Assembly (NCBI GenBank): GCA_000708835.1
Contig: DF236973.1
Location: forward strand, 294,699 to 358,698
DNA: 64,000 nucleotides
Source of the DNA: Klebsormidium nitens
Taxonomy: Eukaryota; Plantae; Klebsormidiophyceae
Reading direction: 5' to 3'
This document shows, piece after piece, positions 33,823 to 45,800 of the stretch; the first letter of the stretch is position 1, and each line of letters begins with the position of its first letter. A program made the position numbers and the translations under genes. Under the pieces are notes generated by a model. That model was not told the origin of the DNA, did no database searches, and was given only the letters and a program-made list of their open reading frames with translations.

Positions 33823-35178
33823 ATGGCGACCTTAGGTTCTGCAGTCGGACGCTCTGGGAGCCTTTCTATCATGGAGGCGGTCCCTCTGGAGATGCTCGCT
33901 TACATCTTATCCCTGGCAGTCAAAGGGGACAGTGTGACCACAGCATCATGCAAGCTCGTCAGCAAGGACTGGCGCGATCTGACGCGGCTGTCAAGCACCA
34001 AGCTGGTCATACAGGGAGACGATGCGGTTCCAAAGATTATACGCCCTAACGTCTCGCTCAAACGAGCCCTAGACAAGAACCCTCAGATCGTGGAGCTAGC
34101 GCTCCACATTGATAGCAGAGGGGAATACTGGGATGATGGGGAGGAAGAATGGGGAGTGAATTGGGATAGAATTAGAATTCTATGTGCGCTTCCTGTTAGG
34201 GCTTGGACTGAAGTCACCCTGCATTTGTCTGATGATGCCGAAACATGCTCTTTCTCGAGATTGCTCGCAGCTTCTAAGGACACTTTGCGGAAGCTTCACA
34301 TGGACATTGAACTGTTTTTGCTAATGGATCTGGAGGTGGTCCTAAGGGAGCTGCGGCAGCTGACGCATTTGACAGTACGGGGATTGGGCTCCCTAGAACC
34401 AAGATCCCTGCTTGCAATTCTGGATACTGCTGGCAGATCCCCTCTTCTCAATGTGAGGGAGCTTGATGTAGACGAGTTCGCTTGGTACGACCCCCCTGAT
34501 GGAGTGATGCATCCTACTAGGGGCCAATCCTTTGCAAAGTTACAACAGGTGTTTCCAAACCTCGAGAATCTGACTGTGAGGGGCTCTGGAAAAGGCATCA
34601 CCCGGGATGACTATGTGGCTTTACTTGGCGGCTTGCCTCGCTTACGAAATCTAGTTATCGAGGGCGAGTCTCTTGCAGTGGTGGACAACACAGTGCTTCA
34701 GACCCTCGCTCAGAAATGTCCATTGCTGGAGGCTCTCGTGCTAGCGCGTAAGGGGGTCCGCAATGTACATTTGCTCGGCGAGGAGGACGATGGCATGGGA
34801 ACGCGCCTTACAGCAGCTGGAATTGCAAGTCTTCTTGGAAGCTGCTCGTCGTTGAGAAATTTGAAACTCTCAAATCTTCCAGTCATAGGCGACGAGGATT
34901 GGGCACCGTTGCTTCTAAAAATGAGATCACTTGAGTATTTTGAGGGGCCTTTTCCCTGTAGAAGTGCGATAAAGTCCTTTGCAATTCTTAGCAACCTTAG
35001 GGAATTGGCATTTGTTCAAGACCAGGAGGTCCAACAACAGGATTTGATTTCCATTTCAAAAGTTGCCAGGCTCTTACCCAAATGCACAAAACTTAGGGTT
35101 GTCGCACCTGGCTTGAATCCTGCCACTGCTGAAGCAGTGAGGATACAGCTGCCAGGTGTTGGTATTCCGAATGCTTAA
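33823..35178 (+). CDS. Intronless F-box / RNI-like leucine-rich-repeat protein
   Basis: Single ORF with an F-box motif (VPLEMLAYILSL...CKLVSKDWRDL) followed by LxxLxL repeats (LRQLTHLTV, FPNLENLTV, LPRLRNLVI, CPLLEALVL, CSSLRNLKL). The start could be 33823 or 33871. Confidence 0.85.
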   Translation: MATLGSAVGRSGSLSIMEAVPLEMLAYILSLAVKGDSVTTASCKLVSKDWRDLTRLSSTKLVIQGDDAVPKIIRPNVSLKRALDKNPQIVELALHIDSRGEYWDDGEEEWGVNWDRIRILCALPVRAWTEVTLHLSDDAETCSFSRLLAASKDTLRKLHMDIELFLLMDLEVVLRELRQLTHLTVRGLGSLEPRSLLAILDTAGRSPLLNVRELDVDEFAWYDPPDGVMHPTRGQSFAKLQQVFPNLENLTVRGSGKGITRDDYVALLGGLPRLRNLVIEGESLAVVDNTVLQTLAQKCPLLEALVLARKGVRNVHLLGEEDDGMGTRLTAAGIASLLGSCSSLRNLKLSNLPVIGDEDWAPLLLKMRSLEYFEGPFPCRSAIKSFAILSNLRELAFVQDQEVQQQDLISISKVARLLPKCTKLRVVAPGLNPATAEAVRIQLPGVGIPNA

Positions 35179-35375
35179 AGAAAGGTGGTGACTCGTGAGA
35201 GGGATTGAGTTTGGAAATACTCTCCTAAAAGATAATACAAGAACTCCAGATATCCTGCTAATCTTCTTGAAAAACCAGGATGTAAGTACCCGGTTAGGTA
35301 CATCAAATCCACTTTTCGATCTTGCATTACAGTGATAACCTTCCCAAACGAGTTCCAGTATGTCATATCAGAGTA

Positions 35376-35567
35376 CCGTACTAGCGTTTAATTTCGTCAA
35401 CAAATAAATAATTATTTGGCCTGCCGAAAATTTTAGAAATATATTTCAGGCGGTAATGGTTCGATAATGGTATGTTTTAGCAGGTAACATTAGGTCTGCC
35501 GAAGTCCTCAAACGTTTCATAATTAATTATTTGGCGTCGAATCTGACGAAATTAAACGCTGGTACGG
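35376..35567. mobile_element. Tc1/mariner (pogo/Tc2-like) MITE with TA target-site duplication
   Basis: 24-bp TIRs CCGTACTAGCGTTTAATTTCGTCA / TGACGAAATTAAACGCTGGTACGG (one mismatch), TA on both sides (35374-75, 35568-69), and an AT-rich 192-bp body. Confidence 0.85.
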
Positions 35568-36449
35568 TATGTCAATGTAGTCCTTTGCTGCCAGATCCGT
35601 TCAAATGCATGGATCTCATATGCACTCAAAAGCCTGGTAGCATTCCACGTTTCAACCTATAGATCTGATTGAACGAGTTCCAAATGTCAGCGGCTGCATG
35701 CCAAGCAATCATGCCAGTTACTACTGTACACATTGCTGGTTCGGGCATCTGTCCAGTAGATATAGCTCAAACCATGCCCGGAACGGACTTTAACAAACCA
35801 ATTAGTAAACTAGAGAAATCTCAAATCTGTCCAAACAAGAACCATGCAGAAAGAGTTGCCCGATCATGTTAGCCTATCATACGAAATTGCTCACCCGGAT
35901 AAAGATCTGACCAACCGGCATGTTGTGACAGTAAGCATAGTACTTCAGAAAGCAGCTCTCCTAATCCGTTTGCGGTTGCAATTGCGCAGTACTGAACGGT
36001 GCTGCGGCACATGCTCGGCACTGTGGTACACGGCCTCAATTCGCTCCTACCCCCTGGTGAGGCAAAGCATCAACCATTTATGCGAAAACAATTTCGCCCC
36101 AGAACCGAGACTGCAGTAGCTACCAGTGTGCCTTCGAGCACATTCAAGCATCGTCTCAGTGCAAACCAGCCCAAGGAAGCTAGCCATCCGGAATGTGAAG
36201 CTCAGCACTGGCGTGCAAACCGCAGAGGGAGCTACATCCCGCAGACTGATGAAGCTGCTCACTCTACTCTTGACAGACTTCAGGCTGCGGAGACATGGGC
36301 CTTTTCGCTCGAAAGTGTGCGCGCACAGAAACGTCAGCTTGCTGCCGCTTCCTCTTTGAGGCTTGTTACGAGCCTGCACCTGTCACCGTTTTGGTTGGAG
36401 CGGAGCCAGCTGGTGATTGCTCTTCGATCACGGCCACAGCTTGTTCTGC

Positions 36450-36728
36450 CTGCACGAACTCCAGATCGTGTGCTCAGGTATGAGGTGGCGCGCTCGCCCA
36501 GCCTAAGGTTGGTCCGCAGCCAGGTCGATCACAAAGCCGAGTGGACGTCAGGAATATATCTCCGAAAGAGTCAACATAGGCGAGACGATATCAACGAGCG
36601 CAGGACTCTGAAGGCTTTGCGCGCTCAGAACTTTGAAAAGGACACCGCTAGTCTTCCAAATCCTTGCAAAACGCAGAAATCCATCTGACCAGAACAAGAT
36701 GCTGCGAGGAAGCTCAACGAAAACTTAC
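36450..36728 (-). other. Candidate 3'-UTR intron of UPF3
   Basis: Strong donor GAC|GTAAGT 22 nt after the TAA at 36751, and acceptor TTCGTGCAG|G at 36450. Confidence 0.55.
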
Positions 36729-36750
36729 GTCGATAGAGTCCTCCCGCAGG

Positions 36751-39700
36751 TTACCCCGGCTTCTGAACGGCAACCCACATCTGCTTCTGCAAAGACGGAA
36801 CACAGAGCCGGTGAGGATCCGAACACGTCCACTCAACCGTGAATCATCGTTGTCACATTTAATATGCACCACTGCCGCTGACAGAAGTACAAACAGACAA
36901 AACTCCGGTCATAAGGCCCGTGATCTCTATTGAAAGCATCAACCGCCGTGACAGAATGAAGTAAACCTCTACCTCGGCGAGACTGCCAATCTGCACAACT
37001 CTCAGCTTCGTTCAGCCAGCGGTTCCCCACCTTCGCAGCGGCACCTTCAGCCCCAGTCATCTCCGCCGCCCCCCCCGACCCCGCTCCATGGGGCACTCCC
37101 TCCCGGCTCTTTGCACCGTCCACGCCGCTCTCAGTCACCCCCTGTCCTGCACTGCTCGGCCCGTCCCCCTGCCGCAACATCGCACGGTTCGAGCCCCGCC
37201 CCCGCCCCGCTTGGTAGGGGCCCTGGTGCCGAGGCTGTCGCCCCAAACGAGGCTGCCCTTTGCTCGCTGCCCCTGTCGACTGCTGCAGATACGGGGCCTC
37301 ACTGGCGCTCCCGAGACCGTTCTCCGACGCGCCTCCCGATCGCGTCATTTGACCTCCGGATGGGATCCCCAAGGAGCTATTCTGGATGGAGTCGGTCAGG
37401 GAAGCGTCTGAAGTAGGCCCCCCCGGCCGCTGCATTAAGCGGATTGTGGAGCCGGATCCTGACGCCTTGTTAACGTCATCCTGGCCACGTAGGGAGTCGC
37501 GAGGCTGCCGGGTCGGCCGTGCTGACGTTAGGTCGTCCGACTTGGGCGGAACTAGTGTGGGCGGGACAGAACTTGAGACGGGAGTGGCTCCAGAAAGGGC
37601 GGCCCAGGCGGCACTGGCGGCGGCAGCTGCATCGGAACTAGCTGCACAACGCAGAACACTCACGGTTCGAGACAGTCGAAGACATCGTGGTCGGATGCAA
37701 ACGTCACCGTTCATACAAGAGGTGCCAATCCTGCCTGCGACAAACGGACGGACTCTGCCTGCAAATGGGCCAGCGCTTTGTCATCACAGACGGGAGGAGA
37801 AGGAAACGAAGAAACCGGGGCCGATACCGCCTGACAAAACGGGGAGGGCTCAAGCAGGTGGCAGGCAGCGGGAACACAAAACTTCCAAGTCGATTCAACC
37901 TTTAGTGATGATGTGGAGAATCGGATCGAGCAAACTTCCACTTATACATCACAAAAATGGCCAATGATGGTGCTAGACTTACCGTCAGGTGCAAGCCCGC
38001 GACCCTGACCGCGCCGTCTCGAGCCCCGTCCTCCACCCCTGCCAGTCCCCTCATCCCGAGCCCGGGGGGGCTGGCTGCCAGCCATTTGTTGCCCCCTGCC
38101 AGCAGATCGGGCTGTCGACTGTCCGATATTTAAAGCGTCGAGCCTGCTTGTGACTCCACCGATCGAAGATTCCTCTCCGCTGATCCGCACACCGGAGACT
38201 CCCTCGCCGGCAGACTGCGGAGCCATTCGGTCGCCGTTAGCAGGACTGGTCCCACCAGCCTCCCGCTGCAGGATGGTCACTTGCGACGCGGCGCCTGCGG
38301 AAGCCCCCTGTTGACCCCGCTTGTTCGGACCGCCGGACGGGACGCGCTCTTGCGACGCAGCAACCCCCCTCAAACCGATCCGTTTTGGCTCCGGCCCCTC
38401 CCCTGCGGGCGCTCTCAGCAGCCCGTCGCTGACGTCATCCCAGCCCGTCGCTTGTGGCTCGCTCTCGCTCCTTCCCCCCGACGACCTGCCCCCGCGACCC
38501 CCCCCCTCCGAGAAGCGCCCTCCTTCCTTCCGCCCGCGCTTGGCTCAGTCCCCGTCTTTGCCATGTTCGCGGCAAGCGGGTTCTCGGTCCCCCAATCCGC
38601 AGAAGGACCCGCGGAACTGTTCGCAGCGGTTGAAGCTCCGTCGGGGAGGTCGCCCCACCCGCTGGGCTCGGCCGGAAGAGGACTCGGCGCAGGGGCACTT
38701 CGCTGATCTCTCCTGGACTGCCGGCCACCCCCCCGGGAAGTGCCGTCCCCGAATCCGGCATCTCTGACATCAGCATCCCGGCTGCCACGTGGCGGCCTCC
38801 CGAGTCCCCCTCCGATGATGGATGCAAGGGCGCCTTTGACGATGCGCTTTTCGGGACCCCCCCGAGCGGAGGCGTCTTTTCTCCGGTCGCTTGAAGGGCC
38901 GGCTTCGCTCTCAGGAGTTGGGGGCCGTTTCAGGATGCCAGTCGGGTCACGGGGGGTGGAACGGGCAGCATTTTGGGAGGATGAGTCGGTCTTGTCCGCT
39001 TCACAAGCTGTGAAGAAAATGTTGGTTTAGCAAACCCATCGAACCATCCGTGTGCGTCAGACTCCTTGCATTCTGACGCTGACATACGTAAGTAGCTGGC
39101 CGTTTCTGTTGCGTCCAAAACTCTTTCTTAGATCAAACAGAGTCTCGATTTGATAGCAGATGGTACAGGAAGGCCTACAATAAGTACTGACATTCCACTC
39201 ACCCGGTTCAACAAAGCCGGCATACACTGGTAAGTACGCGAAACGGGAAAGGACTTACCCGAGCTAGAGTCCCGTCTAGATGTACGTGCGGACGACTTTC
39301 GAGACGAATCATCTTTGCCGGTGCCCTTCCGCTCCAATATACCCTTCTCATTGGAGCCGCCTTTCCCGCTTCTGCTGGAGGCCGAACCCAAGGGAGCCGC
39401 TGAAGCTGCTTTCCGTGCCGAGTCCCTAGACGTGCTTCGGGGCCCGACTTTCTGCAAGGAGGTCGAATAGCACGTGATGTCATTGACAGCTCGCCTTTTA
39501 AGAGGAAAGCGTGTCCTGCGAAGGTCAAAAGCCGGAGACGGAAGGAAGGCCAAGAGCTTCGGAACGTTCGATGCAGGCTGTCCGTTGAGGATCTGAGAAT
39601 GACGATGCTAACAGCAACACGCCAGCGCTTTCAGCTCAAGACGTCAGTCTGTCGACGTAAGCGTAGGTGGGAATGAGTCCTACGACGGGCGCTGTCGTAG

Positions 39701-41892
39701 TTATCGACTTCCAAACCGAGCCCCCGCTATCGGGTGTTACCTCGAGCTCGCAGTCACAGATGCCCAATCAGGACTCTCTGCTGAGCGTAACCCAAGCCGG
39801 ACAGGGTAGAGCAGCCTCACCTCCCTCCCTGCTGCCTTGCTGGCCCTCTTGTCCCGGATGAACTGGATGAGCGGCGTGATTATCGGGCCTTTGGCAGCTG
39901 TCAAAAGACATCAACAGCCACAAAGTTTATTTGAATGGGAAACCAGGCTTGTGGGCACACGGGGCAACTCCCTGAAGCGTGACTAATGAGAAACATGAGG
40001 GTGAAGGAACAGCCAGCTATGAAGCAAACGGACAAACGGGCAAGCTTTCAGGGCTTCTTTGGAGTCACTAATGAGAGAAAGGCTTCCCAATGCGCTGGAA
40101 GGAAAGCGGTAGGTTTGGAAGGTGGATAGACATAATGCACGGCCCGGATCTTGTCAGCCTTACTATATATTTGGTCCAAGTGAAGTGCCATCACTGTGGA
40201 CCGACTTCACAGCCTCTCTTGAGGTACAGACTCACCTGCTTTTTCTGCCTCTTCCCTTTTAGCATCGCTGGCAGAAGCGCTCGGCTTGGGATTTTCCAGC
40301 TCAGCCAGGAAAGAGAGATAGTCGGGATCTGGAAGGATGCTACAATCTGTCAGCTCCAGGACAAGGTGGAACGCCAGACAATGCTGGAAGTAGAGGTGTC
40401 TCCGAAGGTGTCTCCGAAGGTGTCTCCGAAAAGTACGTGCGAGTACAATCAGGGAAAATACCTTCATAACCACTGTCTGTAATTGAGCTGCCACCGAGGC
40501 CACAGAGCAACACAAACATGCGAGCGGTTGAATTCTCAGTCAAGGGCAGCCAACCCAGGCGTCTTATTACTAATCTGGCGCCTAGGGAGAGAAGAAAGCA
40601 ACTGCAAAACCAACTTGGTGCCAAGATGCTGAAGGTTGCTGCGAAATGTTATGACAAAGCGCGGTATATGCATTCTTCCTTTTGCACACAGGTGTAAACA
40701 TCTGCAGGCATATGCTACCCGCTCTTTCATGACCAAAAGCACAGTTGATTTGTATCGATTCATACCTTCAAATATGGTGCCTTCCCGCAGGTCCTTCTTG
40801 TTGCGCCCTTTCGGAACCTTCTGATAAGGAGCATACTCCACCTCTGCTCTGAATTGGACCCCTGAAGGCAACACGACTTATTCAGTTCTTGGGTCAGTGT
40901 GTTGTGGATTCAGGCAATGAGCGTTTCTAAACAATAAACATCAAAGAAGCAATCAGACACCATTTTGAGATGCTGTAGAAAAATGTGACAACGTTTTTGG
41001 TGCCACTAAGGAACTGCCTCTTGGTTAAAAGAACGTCAAAAGCTCTCAAGCCACCACCAAATGCAACCTTTTGCCTTCACTTCAACGATGCCGTCATGAC
41101 TTACCCTTTTCATTGACAAAGATGTGGCCATCAAAACTCTCGTAGAAGTCGTATACGAGCTCCGCTTTCTTGAAGTTAAGGTAAGCTCTTGAGTGCACCA
41201 GCCTCCGGTGACTGTAGAAAGTGTTTAACGAAATAAGTTATCCCCCCAACTCAAGTTTCAGGACACCACTTGTCTAGAAGAGCATTGGAGCAAATCAATG
41301 ATACCTCCTGAGAAACAAGCCTTGGTCTGATGAAACCCCCGTCTATGCAAAAGCATCGACCTAATTTTCTTCCTCGCTGTGTCCCACCTCATCACAGGCT
41401 TTCAGCAACGGAGAAATTTTTTACGACAAAATCTAATGCACAAGATGAACTGAGATGCTCAAGCAATACGAAAAGGTGCGAGCCTAGATCGCATGCCTGT
41501 TTCAGAATCTGGCGCCATCATAAGTCTATGTCATGAAACTTCCACAACTAGCTATGCTGTAACCTTCCTTCCTTCTTTCGTACTGAATGATATCTAGACT
41601 ATGCTTGGTATTCTCCTTTTACAGCAACAGGCAATGCCGGACCAAAATAGGTTAAGAAACACTTTTAGCTTGGAGGCGCCATGGTCTCTGCTGACCCAAT
41701 CAATCAGAAGCGAAGACTTGCTTTTCCTTGCTTCCCTCCCGTCACCGATCCTCACCTCAGCTTTCCAGGGTAGTAAGAGAACCAATCATAAGCTCCTTCA
41801 AAATTCTTGTTCACCGCCTCCAGAAGCCCTTCCTGCTTCAAATACGGTGGCAATTTTCTAATGACAACTTTTGTTTTACTTTCCTGCGCCAT
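36751..41892 (-). CDS. UPF3: UPF3 nonsense-mediated decay factor
   Basis: Exons 41892..41756, 41211..41105, 40861..40766, 40328..40236, 39897..39821, 39592..39259, 39007..37983, 37641(or 37758)..37031, 36786..36751. The RRM-like domain reads KTKVVIRKLPP..WFSYYPGK-S..SRAYLNF..FDGHIFVNEK-G.QFRAEVEYAPYQKVPK..REGTIFE-DPDYLSFL, then ITPLIQFIRDKR, a long G/R/S-rich region, and C-terminal KQMWVAVQKPG*. Exon 7 is one base short, most likely in the C9 run at 38498..38506. Confidence 0.9.
40395..40430. repeat. Perfect 12-bp tandem repeat x3 in UPF3 intron 3
   Basis: (GGTGTCTCCGAA)3. Confidence 0.95.
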
Positions 41893-42120
41893 CTTTCCTC
41901 ATCCAAATGATCAGTTTTGCTTCTCCACTACGCCCGGCTTGTTGTGGATAAGATAGACGTTCAATGACAAAAAGCTCGGTCAAAATTCAGTCAGTGGCTG
42001 GCTCTCGCCATCCCTGGCAAGGCCATGGTGGCTTAGCAGGCTTGCCCTTCATTTAATCAAAGCAGGGCTCCGCCAATTTTGCGTGAGCCAAGACAATGAG
42101 GAGCTTTCATGCACTGCTGA

Positions 42121-42535
42121 CAGAGGGGGGACAAGGAGAATGATTCTTTTGGCGACCCTGAGCCCGGGGGCTGTTGGAAGGTGCCTTTAGTGACCTGGGG
42201 TTGACTCCATCCGGGAGATGCGGACCTCATGTGTCAAAGCGTATGCTATGATAGCTATGATATACTTAACACAATTCAAGATGCCTTGCCTCAGTAGGTC
42301 CTCTCCGAGTCCAACATAATTCGCAGCAGCACAAACCCGAAGCCTGACCCAAATCGATGAGGGCCGATGAGGAGATACTCACCGTCCGATGATTGGCATT
42401 TATACATCCGACGGTTGATTACTTGCTATCTGCACACGTGGAGTTCTGGTCAAGCTGCAGACGTAGATGAGGCACCTTCCAACAGCCCCCGGGCTCAGGG
42501 TCCCGAAAAGAACCATTCTCCTTGTCCGCCCTCTG
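42121..42535. mobile_element. 415-bp element with 66-bp inverted arms between the divergent UPF3 and NOC3 start codons
   Basis: 42121..42186 and 42470..42535 are reverse complements at 62 of 66 positions (AGGCACCTTCCAACAGCCCCCGGGCTCAGGGTC...CCCTCTG). Confidence 0.7.
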
Positions 42536-42806
42536 ACAAGCTTTCAAGAGCTGACCACGAGTGGGTTTAAGTGCGGAAACTTGTTGAGTTTAAGTGTAAC
42601 ATTTTATCCCCATAACGCCTGCCATCGAACCTCTATGGGGGACCATATTACTCAGTTTATTTCGATGGCGCTACTTCGATAAAGTCAAATGGTGCGGTTT
42701 TCATACATTATAATCATGTAGGTTTTCGTAACAAGGGGGGCCACAACCACTACGTATGATGCATGTTGCTGATCACAGTTCTGAACTCTGACAAAGCCAA
42801 TTTGTC

Positions 42807-45800
42807 ATGGCAGGCAAGAAGCAGGCTGGGCGCCCTTCTCCCAAAGGGCAGGGGAAGAAGAAGAAGAAAGAGCAGCCTGTGCCGGTGGTGGACATTCCGG
42901 ACGAAGATGTTGCGGTTTCTGATGAAGACGTTGAGTTTTTCAGCCGCGGCAAGGGGCACGCATTCCTTGCAAAGCTCGATCCATCCAAGTTGGAGCAAGG
43001 GAAGAAGGTATGGCTTTCCGAATATGCAATTCGTAGGAACGTGTTTATCTGCTGCAGAACCAGGCTCTTGTGGTAAATGTAAACTCCAAGTTTTGGTAAT
43101 GGTGGAATGCAATTGAACACCTTGCCTTTCCAGTGGTGCATTTTATTGTGAGGAGTTTGCACAAGAACCTGTCACAGTGTAAGGAGTGCGACTATTGATG
43201 TCCAGTGGTGGTGCTAAATATGCTACTGGCGTTCCACATAAGTTATACGATCTATTCAGAAACGTTGTGTTTGTAATGTTCATGATGGTGGTGGTGGGCG
43301 CTTTCAAGGAACACAAAAGCCTGTATACGTCATTCAAAACCCTTGAGATCATGTTTCTTCACTTCAACTGCAATTCTTCAGCCCCAGTTTTGAAGCTACT
43401 CAATATTGACTGCCACCACGAACATGCAGCTCAATAGAAGACCACTTCGAAGAAGCCGAATCCCCTTGACAACTGATCCAATGAAGCAGACACAGTCATT
43501 TTCTGACACTGCCAAGGCCTTCTGACAAGCCAACACGTTTTACAGGCGAAATCAAAGACCAAAGAGACGCCAGAAGATTACTATGCTCGCTTAGCCCGGC
43601 AGGATGAGAGGGGAGAAGAGGATATGGGCAAAAGCTACGGGCCAGAGGATGTTCTGCCAATCAAAACGCTTGGAGGAGAGTTGCAGTACCGCAGTTTGGA
43701 GAAACTAGAGGAGGCAGAAGATGGACCGACCACAGTCGAGGACCGGAGGGCAGCGCTCAAGCGGAAGAAAGGGGAAGCGGAGGGGGAGGAGAAAGAGGAT
43801 GATAAGGAAACAGAGGGTGCGGAGATTGAAGCGGAGGGGCGAAAGTCGAAGAAGCAGCGCAGGGAGGATGTGAAGAAGCAGAAGCGAGAGGAGAAGAAGA
43901 AGAAGGAGGAGGGGCCTGAGAAGGGAAAGAAAGAGGGGCGGGAGATTGAAGTGGAAGGAGAGGCGGATGACGAGGGAGCAGAGGGTGCCGAGGAGGACGG
44001 GCTGACAGTCCCAACGCAAGAAGATATCGTGAGGCACACGCCTTCTTGTTTTGAAATGCCAGATGCACAAACCATTGTTGATCTTTGTCCATTCATTGTT
44101 TCAAACAGGGACTGGGTTGGACACCCGGGACACCTGCAATGGGATCTAACTTCTTTCCAACACGAGTCCAAATTGAAAGAGCTAAGGTAATTTGACGTAA
44201 TCTCAATGTGGGTTGCAATCTCAGCCTATTCTGTCTTGATAGAAGCCGTAGTGAGATCCGTCGTCGGTGGCTTTGTGGATGGCAAATACCTGAGACAAGC
44301 TCTTGACAGTGGATCAATCACGGGGTCTTGGCACAGCCAGCTGATGTCAAGTGCATCCGCATTCCTTCTTGAGGCTGTCATCAGCAGGCGACTCTTGCAC
44401 AGAGAACCTAGGGAGTAATAGATCACCCCCACGCTTTTTCATTGGACTGCTAGATGCTTCTGTTCTTTCTCAGCCTTCTGTTTGGCGTGTTTTCTTATCT
44501 ATGCTAGCTTGCCGCTGCGCACCAATGTGCCTCGGCTCCGAAGCATACTCTGGCACTGTCTCAAAATCCGGAAGACCTTGTTGGAGAGATTCATCGAGAA
44601 GTCGGCTTTCTCCCTTCTCAACAATTGTTTGTTTTCGTCCCTAGGTTGCATCGCTGCGCGAGTATGCCTAAAACCAGGAGAGCCGTCTGTTGGTGCGGCT
44701 GCGCATGGCGGAGACGCCGTTTCTTCGCTCATAAACCAACACTTTTTGTCGTCCCTAGGTTGCGTCGCTGCGCGAGTATGCCTCGGTTCAGGAGCGCCGT
44801 CCGGCGCTGCGTCTGCGTATGGCGGAAATTGGGACGTCGCTGCTGGCGGACCCTGAGGGGCACATGGGCGCACTCAAGGAGCTGCTGCAGATGTGCGACG
44901 ATGACGACGTCGAGGTGGCGCAGCTGGCGATGCTCTCGGCAATGGCTGTCTTCAAGGACATCTGTCCAGGGTGGGTTTTTGATCCCCATTTGGGCTTGGA
45001 ACTCAGTCCTATTCTCTTCTGACGGCCAAAATTTGTGTGCAGCTTCGCTCTGTCCCATTTGGGACTTGTTGCTTTCGGAGTTCGGGAGCCCTTTTCCAGA
45101 GATTTCCCCACCAACAAATGAGGCGGACTGACAGAAAGGCCAGAATGACGGGATCACCTGGTTCTAGTCCGAACGATTATTCTGACGGTTAGTTAACCCG
45201 CGCGTGAGTGCCAATAGCTTCGAAGTCACCACTTCTGACTCGCCATCAAGATGCCAAGCTCCGATGACACTTTGACGCCATGCTGTCATCAGGTACCGGA
45301 TACGGCTGCCCACGGCCAAGGAGCTCGACGTGAAGGTCTCGAAGGAGGTTCTCAAGCTGCGCCAGTTTGAGGCCAGCCTCCTGCACGCTTACCGGGTGAG
45401 GCCCCGCTTCTAGTTGCAACACTTTAGAAGGTTCGACAGGACAACGAGAATCTCACGGGGAAGCGCATGATACCACTTATGCAAGCATCGGTATGATCTT
45501 TGTTGACGCAGCGGGCCTTTGTTCGCTCCAAATTTTTATAGGTGAACGAAGATGGTCGTTCTCTCTCGTCAATCTTTGTGGACATTATTCCACAAGTATC
45601 AGTGAAGGTTTGCATACTCTCAACAAAACATATCTGTCGGCTTAAAATGTCCCCCCGCACCCCCTGCACTGGTAACATACTTCCAGCAGCTTGTCACGAA
45701 GCTCTTCAAGACCGCATCCCTCCCTCTGGCAGTTTACTGCTCGACACCTTACATTTCGTTTTTGAAGACGACCCTTTAGTGACACCAGCGCTGGGCTGAT

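Noticed and set aside
38700-38760. Suspected extra frameshift in UPF3 exon 7 at G runs
   Set aside because: Recount gives an open frame (GFGDGTSRGGGRQSRRDQ); only the C9 run at 38498..38506 remains suspect.
38281-39030. Plus-strand Pro-rich ORFs over UPF3 exon 7
   Set aside because: Antisense shadows of a GC-rich low-complexity exon; no motifs.
43635-44171. Minus-strand ORFs 43635..44171, 43705..44070, 43757..44092
   Set aside because: Antisense shadows of the purine-rich K/E exon 2 of NOC3.
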